A stretch of 64,000 nt of DNA, from the NCBI GenBank assembly GCA_030390025.1, contig JASTWF010000359.1, positions 124,001 through 188,000 on the forward strand. Reading direction: 5' to 3'. A program made the translations under genes and the position numbers. Position 1 is the first letter of the stretch. Each line of letters begins with the position of its first letter. Source of the stretch: Squalus acanthias (Eukaryota). Under the pieces are notes generated by a model. That model did not search any database and had not been told where the DNA came from. It worked only from the letters and a program-made list of their open reading frames with translations. Shown in pieces: positions 36,967 through 48,589 of this stretch.

Positions 36967-39270
36967 GAAAGACAGACTTGCATTTCTATAGCGCCTTTAC
37001 GACCACCGGATGCTTTACAGCCAATGAAGTACTTTTGAAGTGTAGTTGCTGTTGCAATGTAGGAAACATGGCAGCCAGTTTGTGCACAGCAAGCTCCCAC
37101 AAACAGCAATGTGATAATCATCAGCTAATCTCTTTTTAGTGATGTTGGTTGAGGGATAAATAATGGCCAGGACACCGGGGAGAACTCCCCTGCTCTTCTT
37201 CGAAATAGTGCTGTGGGATCTTTTACGTCCACCTGAGAGAGCAGACGGGGCCTCAGTTTAACGTCTCATCTGAAAGACGGCCCCTCCAACAGTGCGGCAC
37301 TCCCTCAGTACTGCCGCTCCGATAGTGCGGCGCTCCCTCAGTACTGCCCCTCCCACAGTGCAGCTCTCCCTCAGTACTGACCCTCTGACAGTGCAGCGCT
37401 CCCTCAGCACTGCCCCTCCGATAGTGCGGCTCTCCCTCAGTACTGCCCCTCCGACAGTGCGGTGCTCCCTCAGTACTGCCCCTCCGACAGTGCGGCACTC
37501 CCTCAGTACTGCCCCTCCCACAGTGCAGCTCTCCCTCGGTACTGCCCCTCCGACAGTGCGGTGCTCCCTCAGTACTGCCCCTCCGACAGTGCAGTGCTCC
37601 CTCAGTATTGCCCCTCCGACAGTGCAGCGCTCCCTCAGTACTGCCCCTCCGACAGTGCAGCGCTCCCTCAGTACTGCCCCTCCGACAGTGCGGCGCTCCC
37701 TCAGTATTGTCCCTCCGACAGTGCGGTACTCCCTCAGTACTGCCCCTCCAACAGTGCGGCACTCCGTCAGTACTGCCCCTCTGACAGTGCAGCGCTCCCG
37801 CAGTACTGCCCCTCCGACAGTGCGGCGCTCCCTCAGTACTGCCCCTCCGACAGTGCGGCGCTCCCTCAGTACTGTCCCTCCGACAGTGCAGCGCTCCCTC
37901 AGTACTGACCCTCCGACAATGCGGCGCTCCCTCAGCACTGCCCCTCCGACAATGCGGCGCTCCCTCAGCACTGCCCCTCCGACAATGCGGCGCTCCCTCA
38001 GTACTGCCCCTCCGCCAGTGCGGCGCTCACTCAGTACTGTCCCTCCGCCAGTGCAGCGCTCCCTCAGTACTGCCCCTCCGACAGTGTGGCGCTCCCTCAG
38101 TACTGCCCCTCCGACAGTGCGGCGCTCCCTCAGTACTGTCCCTCCGACAGTGCAGCGCTCCCTCAGTACTGACCCTCCGACAATGCGGCGCTCCCTCAGC
38201 ACTGCCCCTCCGACAATGCGGCGCTCCCTCAGCACTGCCCCTCCGACAATGCGGCGCTCCCTCAGTACTGCCCCTCCGACAGTGCAGCGCTCCCTCAGTA
38301 CTGCCCCTCCGACAGTGCAGCGCTCCCTCAGTACTGCCCCTCCGACAGTGCGGCGCTCCCTCAGTATTGTCCCTCCGACAGTGCGGTACTCCCTCAGTAC
38401 TGCCCCTCCAACAGTGCGGCACTCCGTCAGTACTGCCCCTCTGACAGTGCAGCGCTCCCGCAGTACTGCCCCTCCGACAGTGCGGCGCTCCCTCAGTACT
38501 GCCCCTCCGACAGTGCGGCGCTCCCTCAGTACTGTCCCTCCGACAGTGCAGCGCTCCCTCAGTACTGACCCTCCGACAATGCGGCGCTCCCTCAGCACTG
38601 CCCCTCCGACAATGCGGCGCTCCCTCAGCACTGCCCCTCCGACAATGCGGCGCTCCCTCAGTACTGCCCCTCCGACAGTGCGGCGCTCCCTCAGCACTGC
38701 CCCTCCGACAGTGCAGCGCTCCCTCAGCGCTGCCCCTCCGACAGTGCGGTGCTCCCTCAGTACTGCCCCTCCGACAGTGCGGCGCTCCCTCAGCACTGCC
38801 CCTCCGACAGTGCGGCGCTCCCTCAGTACTGCCCCTCCGACAGTGCGGCGCTCCCTCAGCACTGCCCCTCCGACAGTGCGGCGATTCCTCAGTACTGCCC
38901 CTCCGACAGTGCAGCGCTCCCTCAGTACTGTCCCTCCGCCAGTGCGGCGCTCCCTCAGTGCTGCCCCTCCGCCAGTGCGGCGCTCCCTCAGTACTGCCCC
39001 TCCGACAGTGCGGCGCTCCCTCAGTACTGTCCCTCCGACAGTGCGGTACTCCCTCAGTACTGCCGCTCCGACAGTGCGGCACTCCGTCAGTACTGCCCCT
39101 CTGACAGTGCAGCGCTCCCGCAGTACTGCCCCTCCGACAGTGCGGCGCTCCCTCAGTACTGCACTGGAGTGTCAGCCTAGATTTTTGTGTTCAAGTCTCT
39201 GGAGTGGGACTTAAACCCACGACCTTCTGACCCAGAGGCGAGGGTGCTGCCCACTGAGTCACAGCTGACA
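36967..39270 (-). mobile_element. tRNA-derived Deu-domain SINE (SacSINE1/AmnSINE-like) with an internal tandem expansion
   Basis: tRNA-like head on the minus strand at ~39190-39270 (TGACTCAGTGGG...GGTTTAAGTCC); body and tail at 36967-37280 match the copies at 42940 and 62983. Confidence 0.85.
37281..39161. repeat. 33-bp minisatellite, about 57 copies; CCCCTCCGACAGTGCGGCGCTCCCTCAGTACTG
   Basis: 33-bp period with a 660-bp higher-order duplication (37681 onward equals 38341 onward). Confidence 0.97.
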
Positions 39271-39737
39271 GCCAATAAAGTTTCCTCAAGTTTTTTGCAA
39301 CATAAATAATAAATACGGAGGAGTGTGTGTTCAAGGTTTATGATGTTTAAGCTCATGTTGTGTTACTACTTTGCAACATGCTCCCTGGTGCCAGAAACCT
39401 TTTACAAAACACAACTAAGGTCATTAAAGAAGAGTTTGCATTGCAAGTAGGAATCAATCTTAATTTCTATTCATCTGAACCTCTCTCAAAGCAGCTACTG
39501 CCAAACACATCATTGTGGTCAGTACACAAAGAGTGAACGACTTCTGCAAATGCTTCTTTATATGAGGTGTTTGGAAGCCCAGTCTTGTGATAGAGAGACA
39601 TCTGGTTTTACAGCTGCCTCCTGAGTACCTAGCCTGAAGTAATTTGCAAACGACACAGCAATTAAAACACAGCAGGCCCACTACACAGAGTCGTCTGAGA
39701 CAGCACCACATTGAAAAAGAAACATTTATAAGCATGT

Positions 39738-41015
39738 CTGGGCAAAGGGCAGGGGAATAGGACTGAGCTCTTTCAGAGAGAGAGAGAGCACAGGGGCGAT
39801 GGGGGAATGGGGAAAGGGCAGGGGAATGGGACTGAGCTCTTTCAGAGAGAGAGAGAGCACAGGGGCGATGGGGGAATGGGACTGAGCTCTTTCAGAGAGT
39901 GAGAGAGAGAGCACAGGGGCGATGGGGGAGTGGGGAAAGGGCAGGGGAATGGGACTGAGCTCTTTCAGAGAGAGTGAGAGAGAGCACAGGGGCGATGGGG
40001 GAATGGGGAAAGGGCAGGGGAATGGGACTGAGCTCTTTCAGAGAGAGAGAGAGAGCACAGGGGCGATGGGGGAGTGGGGAAAGGGCAGGGGAATGGGACT
40101 GAGCTCTTTCAGAGAGAGTGAGAGAGAGCACAGGGGCGATGGGGGAATGGGGAAAGGGCAGGGGAATGGGACTGAGCTCTTTCAGAGAGAGGGGGAGAGA
40201 GCACAGGGGCGATGGGGGAGTGGGGAAAGGGCAGGGGAATGGGACTGAGCTCTTTCAGAGAGAGAGAGCACAGGGGCGATGGGGGAGTGGGGAAAGGGCA
40301 GGGGAATGGGACTGAGCTCTTTCAGAGAGAGAGAGAGAGCACAGGGGCGATGGGGGAGTGGGGAAAGGGCAGGGGAATGGGACTGAGCTCTTTCAAAGAG
40401 AGAGAGAGCACAGGGGCGATGGGGGAGTGGGGAAAGGGCAGGGGAATGGGACTGAGCTCTTTCAAAGAGAGAGAGAGCACAGGGGCGATGGGGGAGTGGG
40501 ACTGAGCTCTTTCAGAGAGAGAGCACAGGGGCGATGGGGGAATGGGGAAAGGGCAGGGGAATGGGACTGAGCTCTTTCAGAGAGAGAGCACAGGGGCGAT
40601 GGGGGAATGGGACTGAGCTCTTTCAGAGAGAGAGCACAGGGGCGATGGGGGAATGGGGAAAGGGCAGGGGAATGGGACTGAGCTCTTTCAAAGAGAGAGA
40701 GCACAGGGGCGATGGGGGAATGGGGAAAGGGCAGGGGAATGGGACTGAGCTCTTTCAAAGAGAGAGCGCACAGGGGCGATGGGGGAATGGGGAAAGGGCA
40801 GGGGAATGGGACTGAGCTCTTTCAGAGAGAGAGCACAGGGGCGATGGGGGAATGGGGAAAGGGCAGGGGAATGGGACTGAGCTCTTTCAGAGAGAGAGAG
40901 CACAGGGGCGATGGGGGAATGGGGAAAAGGCCAAGGATGAGATTAGGGGGAAAGCTCTTTCACAGAGGCAGCACAATGGGCCGAATCATCTCCATCTTGA
41001 CTGTAAAATTCTATG
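39738..41015 (+). repeat. G-rich ~65-71-bp minisatellite derived from a CR1 3'UTR, ending in a CR1-type terminus
   Basis: Unit GGGGAAAGGGCAGGGGAATGGGACTGAGCTCTTTCA(GA)nGCACAGGGGCGATGGGGGAAT; the array ends ...ATGGGCCGAAT...CTGTAAAATTCTATG. Confidence 0.85.
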
Positions 41016-41303
41016 GGACCAAAATTTATCATCGTTGCACCCATTTAATGGGCATAAAACAGGTGCAATGATATGCACTTTATCGGGGCATAGGCCTGTG
41101 CCTGATCTGCACGGGTGATCGGGCCGCTGCTAAATTGGTCGGAGCCTTTTTTTAGGCCTTCTGAAATGAGCGCTGTCGTCATTTTAATATTAAAATGATG
41201 CTCCTCGACCCACCTCAGAGTAAATGGGGCGGTAAGTGCTGCACAGATATTGGAAAGCCACTACCACCTCCTTTATGCTGGTCGGCCCAAGTTAAAATCC
41301 CCC
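41015..41303. mobile_element. Possible Harbinger-type MITE
   Basis: Imperfect termini GGGACCAAAATTT ... TTAAAATCCCCC; non-coding interior. Confidence 0.35.
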
Positions 41304-41325
41304 TCCGAATGGCTTTTGACAGACT

Positions 41326-42012
41326 CATAGATCATAGAATCATAGAAACTTACAGCACAGAAGGAGGCCATTCGGCCGATCGTGCCTGTTTCGGCTCTGA
41401 GAAAGATCAGCCGTGCTCAGTCCCACATCCCCGCTTTTTGTCCGTAACACTGAGTTCCTCATCCTCCAGCACCTGTCCAACTCCCTTTTAAAATTATTGA
41501 TGGAATCAGCTTCCACCATCTTTTCAGGTCGCGCGTTCCCGATCCCCACAACTCTCGGGAGTGAAAACATTTCTCCTCATCTCCCCTCGAGATCTTTTTC
41601 CAATGATTTTGAATCTATTGACCCACTTGCCAGAGGGAATAGTTTTTCTCCATCTACTCTCTGTCATCCTGAAGACTATAACTATCCTCCTCACTATCTA
41701 CTACGTTGCCAAGTTTCGCATCATCTGCACACTTTATAATGCTGCTCCCTACACCCGAGTCTGGGTCATTCATAAAAATTGAAAAGAGTAATGGACCCAA
41801 AACTGACCCTTGGGGAACACCACTGCAAACCACCTCCCAGTCTGAAAAACATCCATCCACCACCGCCCTCTGCTTCCTGTGACTGAGCCAATTCCGTATC
41901 CATTTTACCACTTTCCCCTTCATTCCATGGGCTGCCATCTTCTTAACACGCCTCCTGTGTGGCACTTTGTCAAATGCCTTCCGAAAGTCCATATATACAA
42001 CATCAATTCCCT
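41326..42012 (-). mobile_element. Old CR1 fragment with an internal deletion
   Basis: ORF 41654-42106 ([23 protein letters not shown]) joined to the 3' end and a CATAGAAT tail. Confidence 0.85.
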
Positions 42013-42939
42013 CCTGAGTCAAATGAAGTGGGCTTTTGCACCCAATTTTCAGCTTGTTCGCAAAGCTCCAGGTGTGGGTGGGGATGGTGATGGGTGTTTG
42101 GACCACACGAGTGGTGGCAGTGGAAAATCATGTGTAAGTGCAATTTAAAGAGATGAGGTTGGTTAAAGGAGGTGACACAATATGGCGGTAAACATTTCTG
42201 AAAGCCTTTGGAGAGGCTCAAAAGGCATCTCAACCCCATTATCAGCTGTCTATCCAGGCAGCAGGCCAGTGCATTAGGAAGAGACAGACCAAAATAAAGA
42301 GAAAGGATACCCTCAGCGCAGGGATGAGTCTGTGGGCGAGTGACAGAGCAGCTCAGTGCCTGAGTCCTTGTTTCGAGTGGTGGTGGTGCAAAGACTGGGA
42401 CCTCCGCTCACTGCACCATTCCCAGAGGTCAGCACTGCAGCCTGTCTGGGAGAAGATGCCGTCACGTTTGCCTCTCTTAACACCGCCCCTGGGGAGGTTG
42501 GTCCTCGCAGTCCTTGCAAGGTCCATGTCAATGCCCACAGAAATGGTTGGTGGCATCTTGGCAAGAGTGGCCAATCAGGAAACGTGGCTCTTGATCATGC
42601 TGGCAAGCCTTCATGCAATGCCATTGATAGTATCACATACTGTGATTGGGGCTGCTTCCAACAGAGCATTCAACATCATGGTTCCACAGCCATTAATATA
42701 TCTGAGTGCTTCTATGAGGTCTCCTCTCCCAGCTTCCTTTGGGAAGAACAGCCTCTACCTGCATCTGAAAAAGCAAGGCATGTTCATCTCTCTCCGCAGA
42801 TATGACTGTGCCAGAACAAGTGGAAGGTTGTCCCCCCTCTTCTTTCAGACATGTCAGATAGGGAAATTCCCATTGGGAAACCCATTGGTACCAGTAATGG
42901 TGCTGGCACAAAAATTAAGCAATTTACAACATCAATTCT

Positions 42940-43380
42940 TAACCTTGGCTTGGGAGCAGCACTCTCACCTCTGACTGAGAACGTCTGGGGCTCAAGTCCC
43001 ACTCCAGAGACTTGAGCACCTAATCTAGACTGACACTCCAGTGCAGGACTGAAGGAGAGCGGCACTGTCGGAGGTGCCGTCTTTTGGATGAGACGTTAAA
43101 CCGAGGCTCCGTCTGCCTGTTCAGATGGATGCAAAGTATCCCATGGCACTATTCAAAGAAGAGTTCTCCTCTTTACCTGGCCCAACGTTGATCCCTCAAC
43201 CAACGCCATCAAAATTATTTAACTGGTCATTTATTTCATTGCTGCTTGTGGGACCTTGCTGTGCGCAAATTGCTCTGCAGTTCCCTCCAAAACAACAGTG
43301 ACTACACTTCAGAACAATTCATAGATTGCAAGGGTTATCCTGAATGTGTGAAAGGCACTATATAACTGCATGTTCTTTCT
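42940..43380 (+). mobile_element. Deu-domain tRNA SINE, diverged full-length copy
   Basis: Head GCACTCTCACCTCTGACTGAGAACG...CAAGTCCCACTCCAGAGAC, body GATGAGACGTTAAACCGAGG, tail AAGGCACTATATAA. Confidence 0.85.
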
Positions 43381-43523
43381 TCAACTGGCACAAAGAATCA
43401 AGCCAGACTAATTACCAGCAGGAAAAAGAACTGTGGTTAAGAAATGGATAAAATGGGCTTGCATTTCTACTGCCCTGTCTTTTCTACAACCTGCATGATA
43501 CTTACTGTTGCCTAGCAACCCTG

Positions 43524-44633
43524 GAAACATAGAAACATAGAAGATAGGAGCAGGAGTAGGCCATTCGGCCCCTCGAGCCTGCTCCGCCATTCAATGCGAT
43601 CATGGCTGATTATCCAAATTCAGTACCCTGTACCTGCCTTCTCCCCATATCCCTTGATCCCTTTAGCCTTAAGAAATATATCCAACTCCTTCTTGAATCT
43701 ATTTAATGAATTGGCCTCTACTGCCTTCTGTGGTAGTGAATTCCACAGGTTCACCACTCTCTGGGTGAAGAAATTCCTCCTCATTTCTGTCCTAAATGGC
43801 TTACCACTTATCCTTAGACTGTGACCCCTGGTTCTGGACTCCCCGACCATTGGGAACATCCTTCCTGCATCTAGTTTGTCCTGTCCTGTCAGAATTTTAT
43901 AAGTTTCAATGAGATCCCCTCTCATTCTTCTAAACTCCAGCGAGTATAAGCCCAATCGACCCAATCTCTCTTCATACGTCATTCCTGCCATCCCAGGTAT
44001 CAGCCTTGTGAATCTTCGCTGAACTCCTTCCATGGCAAGAACATCCTTCCTCAGATAAGGCGACCAAAACTGCACACAGTACTCAAGGTGTGGTCTCACC
44101 CAGGCCCTGTACAACTGCAGCAAGACATCCTTGTTCCTGTACTCAAACCCTCTCGCTATGAAGGCCAACATACCATTTGCCTTCTTAACCGCCTGCTGCA
44201 CCTGCATGCTTACCTTCAGCGACTGGTGCACAAGGACACCCAGGTCTCGTTGCACTTCCCCTTCTCCCAATCTATTGCCATTCAGATAATAGTCTGCCTT
44301 TCTGTTTTTGACACCAAAGTGGATAACCTCGCATTTATCCACATTATATTGCATCTGCCATGCTTCTGCCCAATCACTTCTGTCCAAATCATCCTGGTGT
44401 TTCTCGGTATCCTCCTCGCGGCACACACGCCCACCCAGTTTTGTGTCGTCTGCAAACTTGGAGATATTACATCTAGTTCCCTTGTCTAGATCATTAATAT
44501 ATATTGTGAATAGCTGGGGTCCAAGGACCGATCCCTGCGGTACCCCACTAGTCACTGTCTGCCACTCGGAAAAAGACCCGTTTATTCCAACTCTTTGCTT
44601 TCTGTCTGCCAACCAGTTCTCTATCCAAGTCAA
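43524..44633 (-). mobile_element. 5'-truncated CR1 LINE
   Basis: RT C-terminal ORF 43620-44669 and octamer tail. Confidence 0.92.
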
Positions 44634-45833
44634 TCCAAATTCAGTACCCTCTCCCTGCTTTCTCCCCATATCCCTTGATCCCTTTAGCCTTAAGAAATAT
44701 ATCTAACTCCTTCTTGAATATATTTAATGAATTGGCCTCAACTGCCTTCTGTGGTAGAGAATTCCACAGGTTCACCACTCTCTGGGTGAAGAAATTCCTC
44801 CTCATCTCAGTCCTAAATGGCTTACCCCTTATCCTTAGACTGTGACCTCTGGTTCTGGACTCCCCCGCCATCGGGAACATCCTTCCTGCATCTAGTCTGT
44901 CTAGTCCTGTTAGAATTTTATAAGTTTCAATGAGATCCCCTCTCATTCTTCGAAACTCGAGCGAATATAAGCCTAATCGACCCAATCTCTCTGCATACGT
45001 CGTTCCTGCCATCCCAGGTATCAGTCTGGTAAATCTTCGCTGCACTCCCTCCATGGCAAGAACATCCTTCCTCAGATAAGGCGACCAAACCTGCACACAA
45101 TACTCAAGGTGTGGTCTCTCCAAGGCCCTGTACAACTGCAGCAAGACATCCTTGCTCCTGTACTCGAATCCTCTCGCTATGAAGGCCAACATACCATTTG
45201 CCTTCTTAACCGCCTGCTGCACCTGCATGCTTACCTTCAGCGACTGGTGCACAAGGACTCCCAGATCTCGTTGCACTTCCCCTTTTCCCAATCTATTGCT
45301 GTTCAGATAATAATCTGTCTTCCTGTTTTTGCCACCAAAGTGGATAACCTCGCATTTATCCACATTATACTGCATCTGCCATGCATCTGCCCAATCACTC
45401 AACCTGTCCAAATCATACTGGAGTTTCTCTGCATCCTCCTCACAGCACACACACCCACCCAGCTTTGTGTCGTCTGCAAATTTAGAGATATTACATCTAG
45501 TTCCCTCGTCTAGATCATTAATATATATTGTGAATAGCTAGGGTCCAAGGACCGATCCCTGTGGTACCCCACTAGTCACTGCCTGCCACTCGGAAAAAGA
45601 CCCGTTTATTCCAACTCTTTGCTTCCTGTCTGCCAACCAGTTCTCTATCCAAATCAGTACCTCACCCCCAATCCCATGTGCTTTAACTTTGCACGCTAAT
45701 CTCTTATGCGGGACCTTATCGAAAGTCAAGTGAAAGTCCAAATACACCACATCCACTGGTTCTCCCTTATCTATTCTACCAGTTACATCCTCAAAAAATT
45801 CCAGTAGATTAGTCAGGCATGATTTCCCTTTTG
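44634..45833 (-). mobile_element. 5'-truncated CR1 LINE lacking its last ~90 bp, fused in tandem to the previous copy
   Basis: ORFs 44641-45450 and 45538-45846 with RT motifs. Confidence 0.9.
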
Positions 45834-46085
45834 GATGGACTCCCATTTCAGGTGGGTGCGACTTAAGTTGGACGTCCTGCAGAATGATGGGAGAATGTGC
45901 AGGAAGTCTTCACTTTCAACGGCAGATTTAAATGACGTGCCCACCTGCCTTCCATCACTGCAGGTCTTGCTCACCGGAAGATGTATCAGCGTGGAAAGTG
46001 GACGGCGTTCAAGCAGGTTGGGACTTTCAACCATTTTCCATTCCCTACTGGCTGATTGCTGCCTCTCAACGTTAAACAGAAAATT

Positions 46086-47640
46086 GAGACTGGAGGAAGC
46101 GTGAGACTGGAGGAAGAGTGAGACTGGAGGAAGAATTAGACTGGAGGAAGAGTGAGACTGGAGGAAGCGTGAGACTGGAGGATGAGTGAGACTGGAGGAA
46201 GAGTGAGACTGGAGGAAGCGTGAGACTGGAGGAAGAGTTAGACTGGAGGAAGAGTGAGACTGGAGGAAGAGTGAGACTGGAGGAAGCGTGAAACTGGAGG
46301 AAGAGTGAGACTGGAGGAAGAGTGAGACTAGAGGATGAGTGAGACTGGAGGATGAGTGAGACTGGAGGAAGAGTGAGACTGGAGGAAGAGTGAGACTGGA
46401 GGAAGAGTGAGACTGGAGGAAGAGTGAGACTGGAGGAAGAGTGAGACTGGAGGAAGAGTTAGACTGGAGGAAGAGTGAGACTGGAGGAAGAGTGAGACTG
46501 GAGGAAGAGCGAGACTGGAGGAAGAGTGAGACTGGAGGAAGAGTGAGACTGGAGGAAGAGTTAGACTGGAGGAAGAGTGAGACTGGAGGAAGAGTGAGAC
46601 TGGAGGAAGAGTGAGACTGGAGGAAGAGTTAGACTGGAGGAAGAGTGAGACTGGAGGAAGAGTGAGACTGGAGGAAGAGTGAGACTGGAGGAAGAGTTAG
46701 ACTGGAGGAAGAGTTAGACTGGAGGAAGAGTGAGACTGTAGGAAGAGTGAGACTGGAGGAAGAGTGAGAATGGAGGAAGAGCGAGACTGGAGGAAGAGTG
46801 AGACTGGAGGAAGAGTGAGACTGGAGGAAGAGTTAGACTGGAGGAAGAGTGAGACTGGAGGAAGAGTGAGACTGGAGGAAGAGTTAGACTGGAGGAAGAG
46901 TGAGACTGGAGGAAGAGTTAGACTGGAGGATGAGTGAGACTGGAGGAAGAGTGAGACTGGAGGAAGAGTGAGACTGGAGGAAGAGTTAGACTGGAGGAAG
47001 AGTGAAACTGGAGGAAGAGTTAGACTGGAGGAAGAGTGAGACTGGAGGAAGAGTGAGACTGGAGGAAGAGTTAGACTGGAGGAAGAGTTAGACTGGAGGA
47101 AGAGTGAGACTGGAGGAAGAGTGAGACTTGAGGAAGAGTGAGACTTGAGGAAGAGTGAGACTGGAGGAAGAGTGAGACTGGAGGAAGAGTGAGACTTGAG
47201 GAAGAGTGAGACTGGAGGAAGAGTTAGATTGGAGGAAGAGTGAGACTGGAGGAAGAGTAAGACTGGAGGAAGAGTTTGACTGGAGGAAGAGTGAGACTGG
47301 AGGAAGAGTGAGACTGGAGGAAGAGTGAGACTTGAGGAAGAGTGAGACTGGAGGAAGAGTTAGACTGGAGGAAGAGTTAGACTGGAGGAAGAGTTAGACT
47401 GGAGGAAGAGAGAGACTGGAGGAAGAGTGAGACTGGAAGAAGAGTGAGACTGAAGGAAGAGTGAGACTGGAGGAAGAGTGAGACTGAAGGAAGAGTGAGA
47501 CTGGAGGAAGAGTGAGACTGGAGGAAGAGTGAGACTGGAGGAAGAGTTAGACTGGAGGAAGAGTGAGACTGGAGGAAGAGTTAGACTGGAGGAAGAGAGA
47601 GACTGGAGGAAGAGTGAGACTGGAGGAAGAGTGAGACTGG
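46086..47640. repeat. 17-bp minisatellite, about 91 copies; GAGACTGGAGGAAGAGT
   Basis: 17-bp period. Confidence 0.97.
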
Positions 47641-48009
47641 CGCAAGGTTGTAAACTGAACAAAAAGGTAAAATGTTTGGCCGAAGATCTACGAAGAGTGA
47701 CCATTCGTAGATATCTGTCACTCTCCGTACTCATTTCTGGTATGTCTCATTCTCCCTGTGATTGTTCCCAGTATCCATTTGTTGCTCTGTAATGGTCTGA
47801 CTGTCTTTTATGAAAATATTTTGGGAAGTCCCATGTGCTTTTGATCATATTCTAATCTTACTCACACATACATGTACTGCTTCGAGATGATGCTTGTGTG
47901 AGGAGTCCTCCCTTGGCTGTATTAGCTCTCTAGTCCTCACCACTTCCGATGATGAATAGCAGGGACATCAGGTTTGGGAAATGATTCAGATATTACTGGT
48001 TAGCTTTGA

Positions 48010-48340
48010 TTATTGCTGACGTTCGAATTCTCTAATGTGATGCTCCAGTATCATTTCTGTTAAACTGTCAAGTCTGCTAAACCTCAGCCGAGGGCATGAG
48101 ATTCTTGAGCAGTCTCTGGTCAGACAGTGAGCCTCATCAGCTGTAAACATCACAAGCTGTCTGTTACTTGACAGGAACATGCTGACATAATCTTCCACAA
48201 AGTCAGAGTTGTGCAATTCCCGTGATAAAAGCAGGACATCATTTTGACAGCCTTGCCCATTATTCAGTCTGCAATGGTCTGCTCGTGGCCTCATACTGAG
48301 TCCCGCAGAGCCCCTCGGTCTGACCTCAAGATGTTGAATC
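48010..48340 (-). CDS. Candidate terminal coding exon of an unidentified gene (109 codons plus stop)
   Basis: Acceptor-like TCTATTCTTTTTGTTAACTGCAG|G, only one frame open, non-repetitive sequence. No family recognised. Confidence 0.3.
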
Positions 48341-48589
48341 CTGCAGTTAACAAAAAGAATAGAGGTAACTGTATTATCATGGGTAAAGGCACCACTCACC
48401 GTCGGACTAGACCCTGGTCTGCGTTGAGTTTGAGAATCTCAGCCAGGATTGGGCTTGGATATGATGCCTCCACAGTTGAACAGCCTTGCTGAAACTCAAT
48501 TCCTGTATTACACATGCAAAATGGTGATTTGGTTGTGATACTGGGAGCCTGTACTCCAGAGAGACCCCAAAGAGAGCCCTGAAACCCCA

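Noticed and set aside
37253..39214. 534-640 aa repetitive ORFs on both strands
   Set aside because: The 33-bp unit is a multiple of 3 with few stops, and lies within a SINE.
39460..39735. Possible exon on the minus strand
   Set aside because: An acceptor-like site is present but there is no recognisable protein or clear donor; insufficient support.
39726..41118. Gly/Glu/Arg-rich ORFs
   Set aside because: Minisatellite read-through.
42313..42974. 216-aa and overlapping ORFs
   Set aside because: No recognisable motifs. It may be a decayed Harbinger fragment, but this is unsupported.
42940..43020. tRNA genes at the SINE heads (also ~39190-39270 and ~63300-63373)
   Set aside because: Degenerate tRNA-like heads continuous with SINE bodies; no intact cloverleaf.
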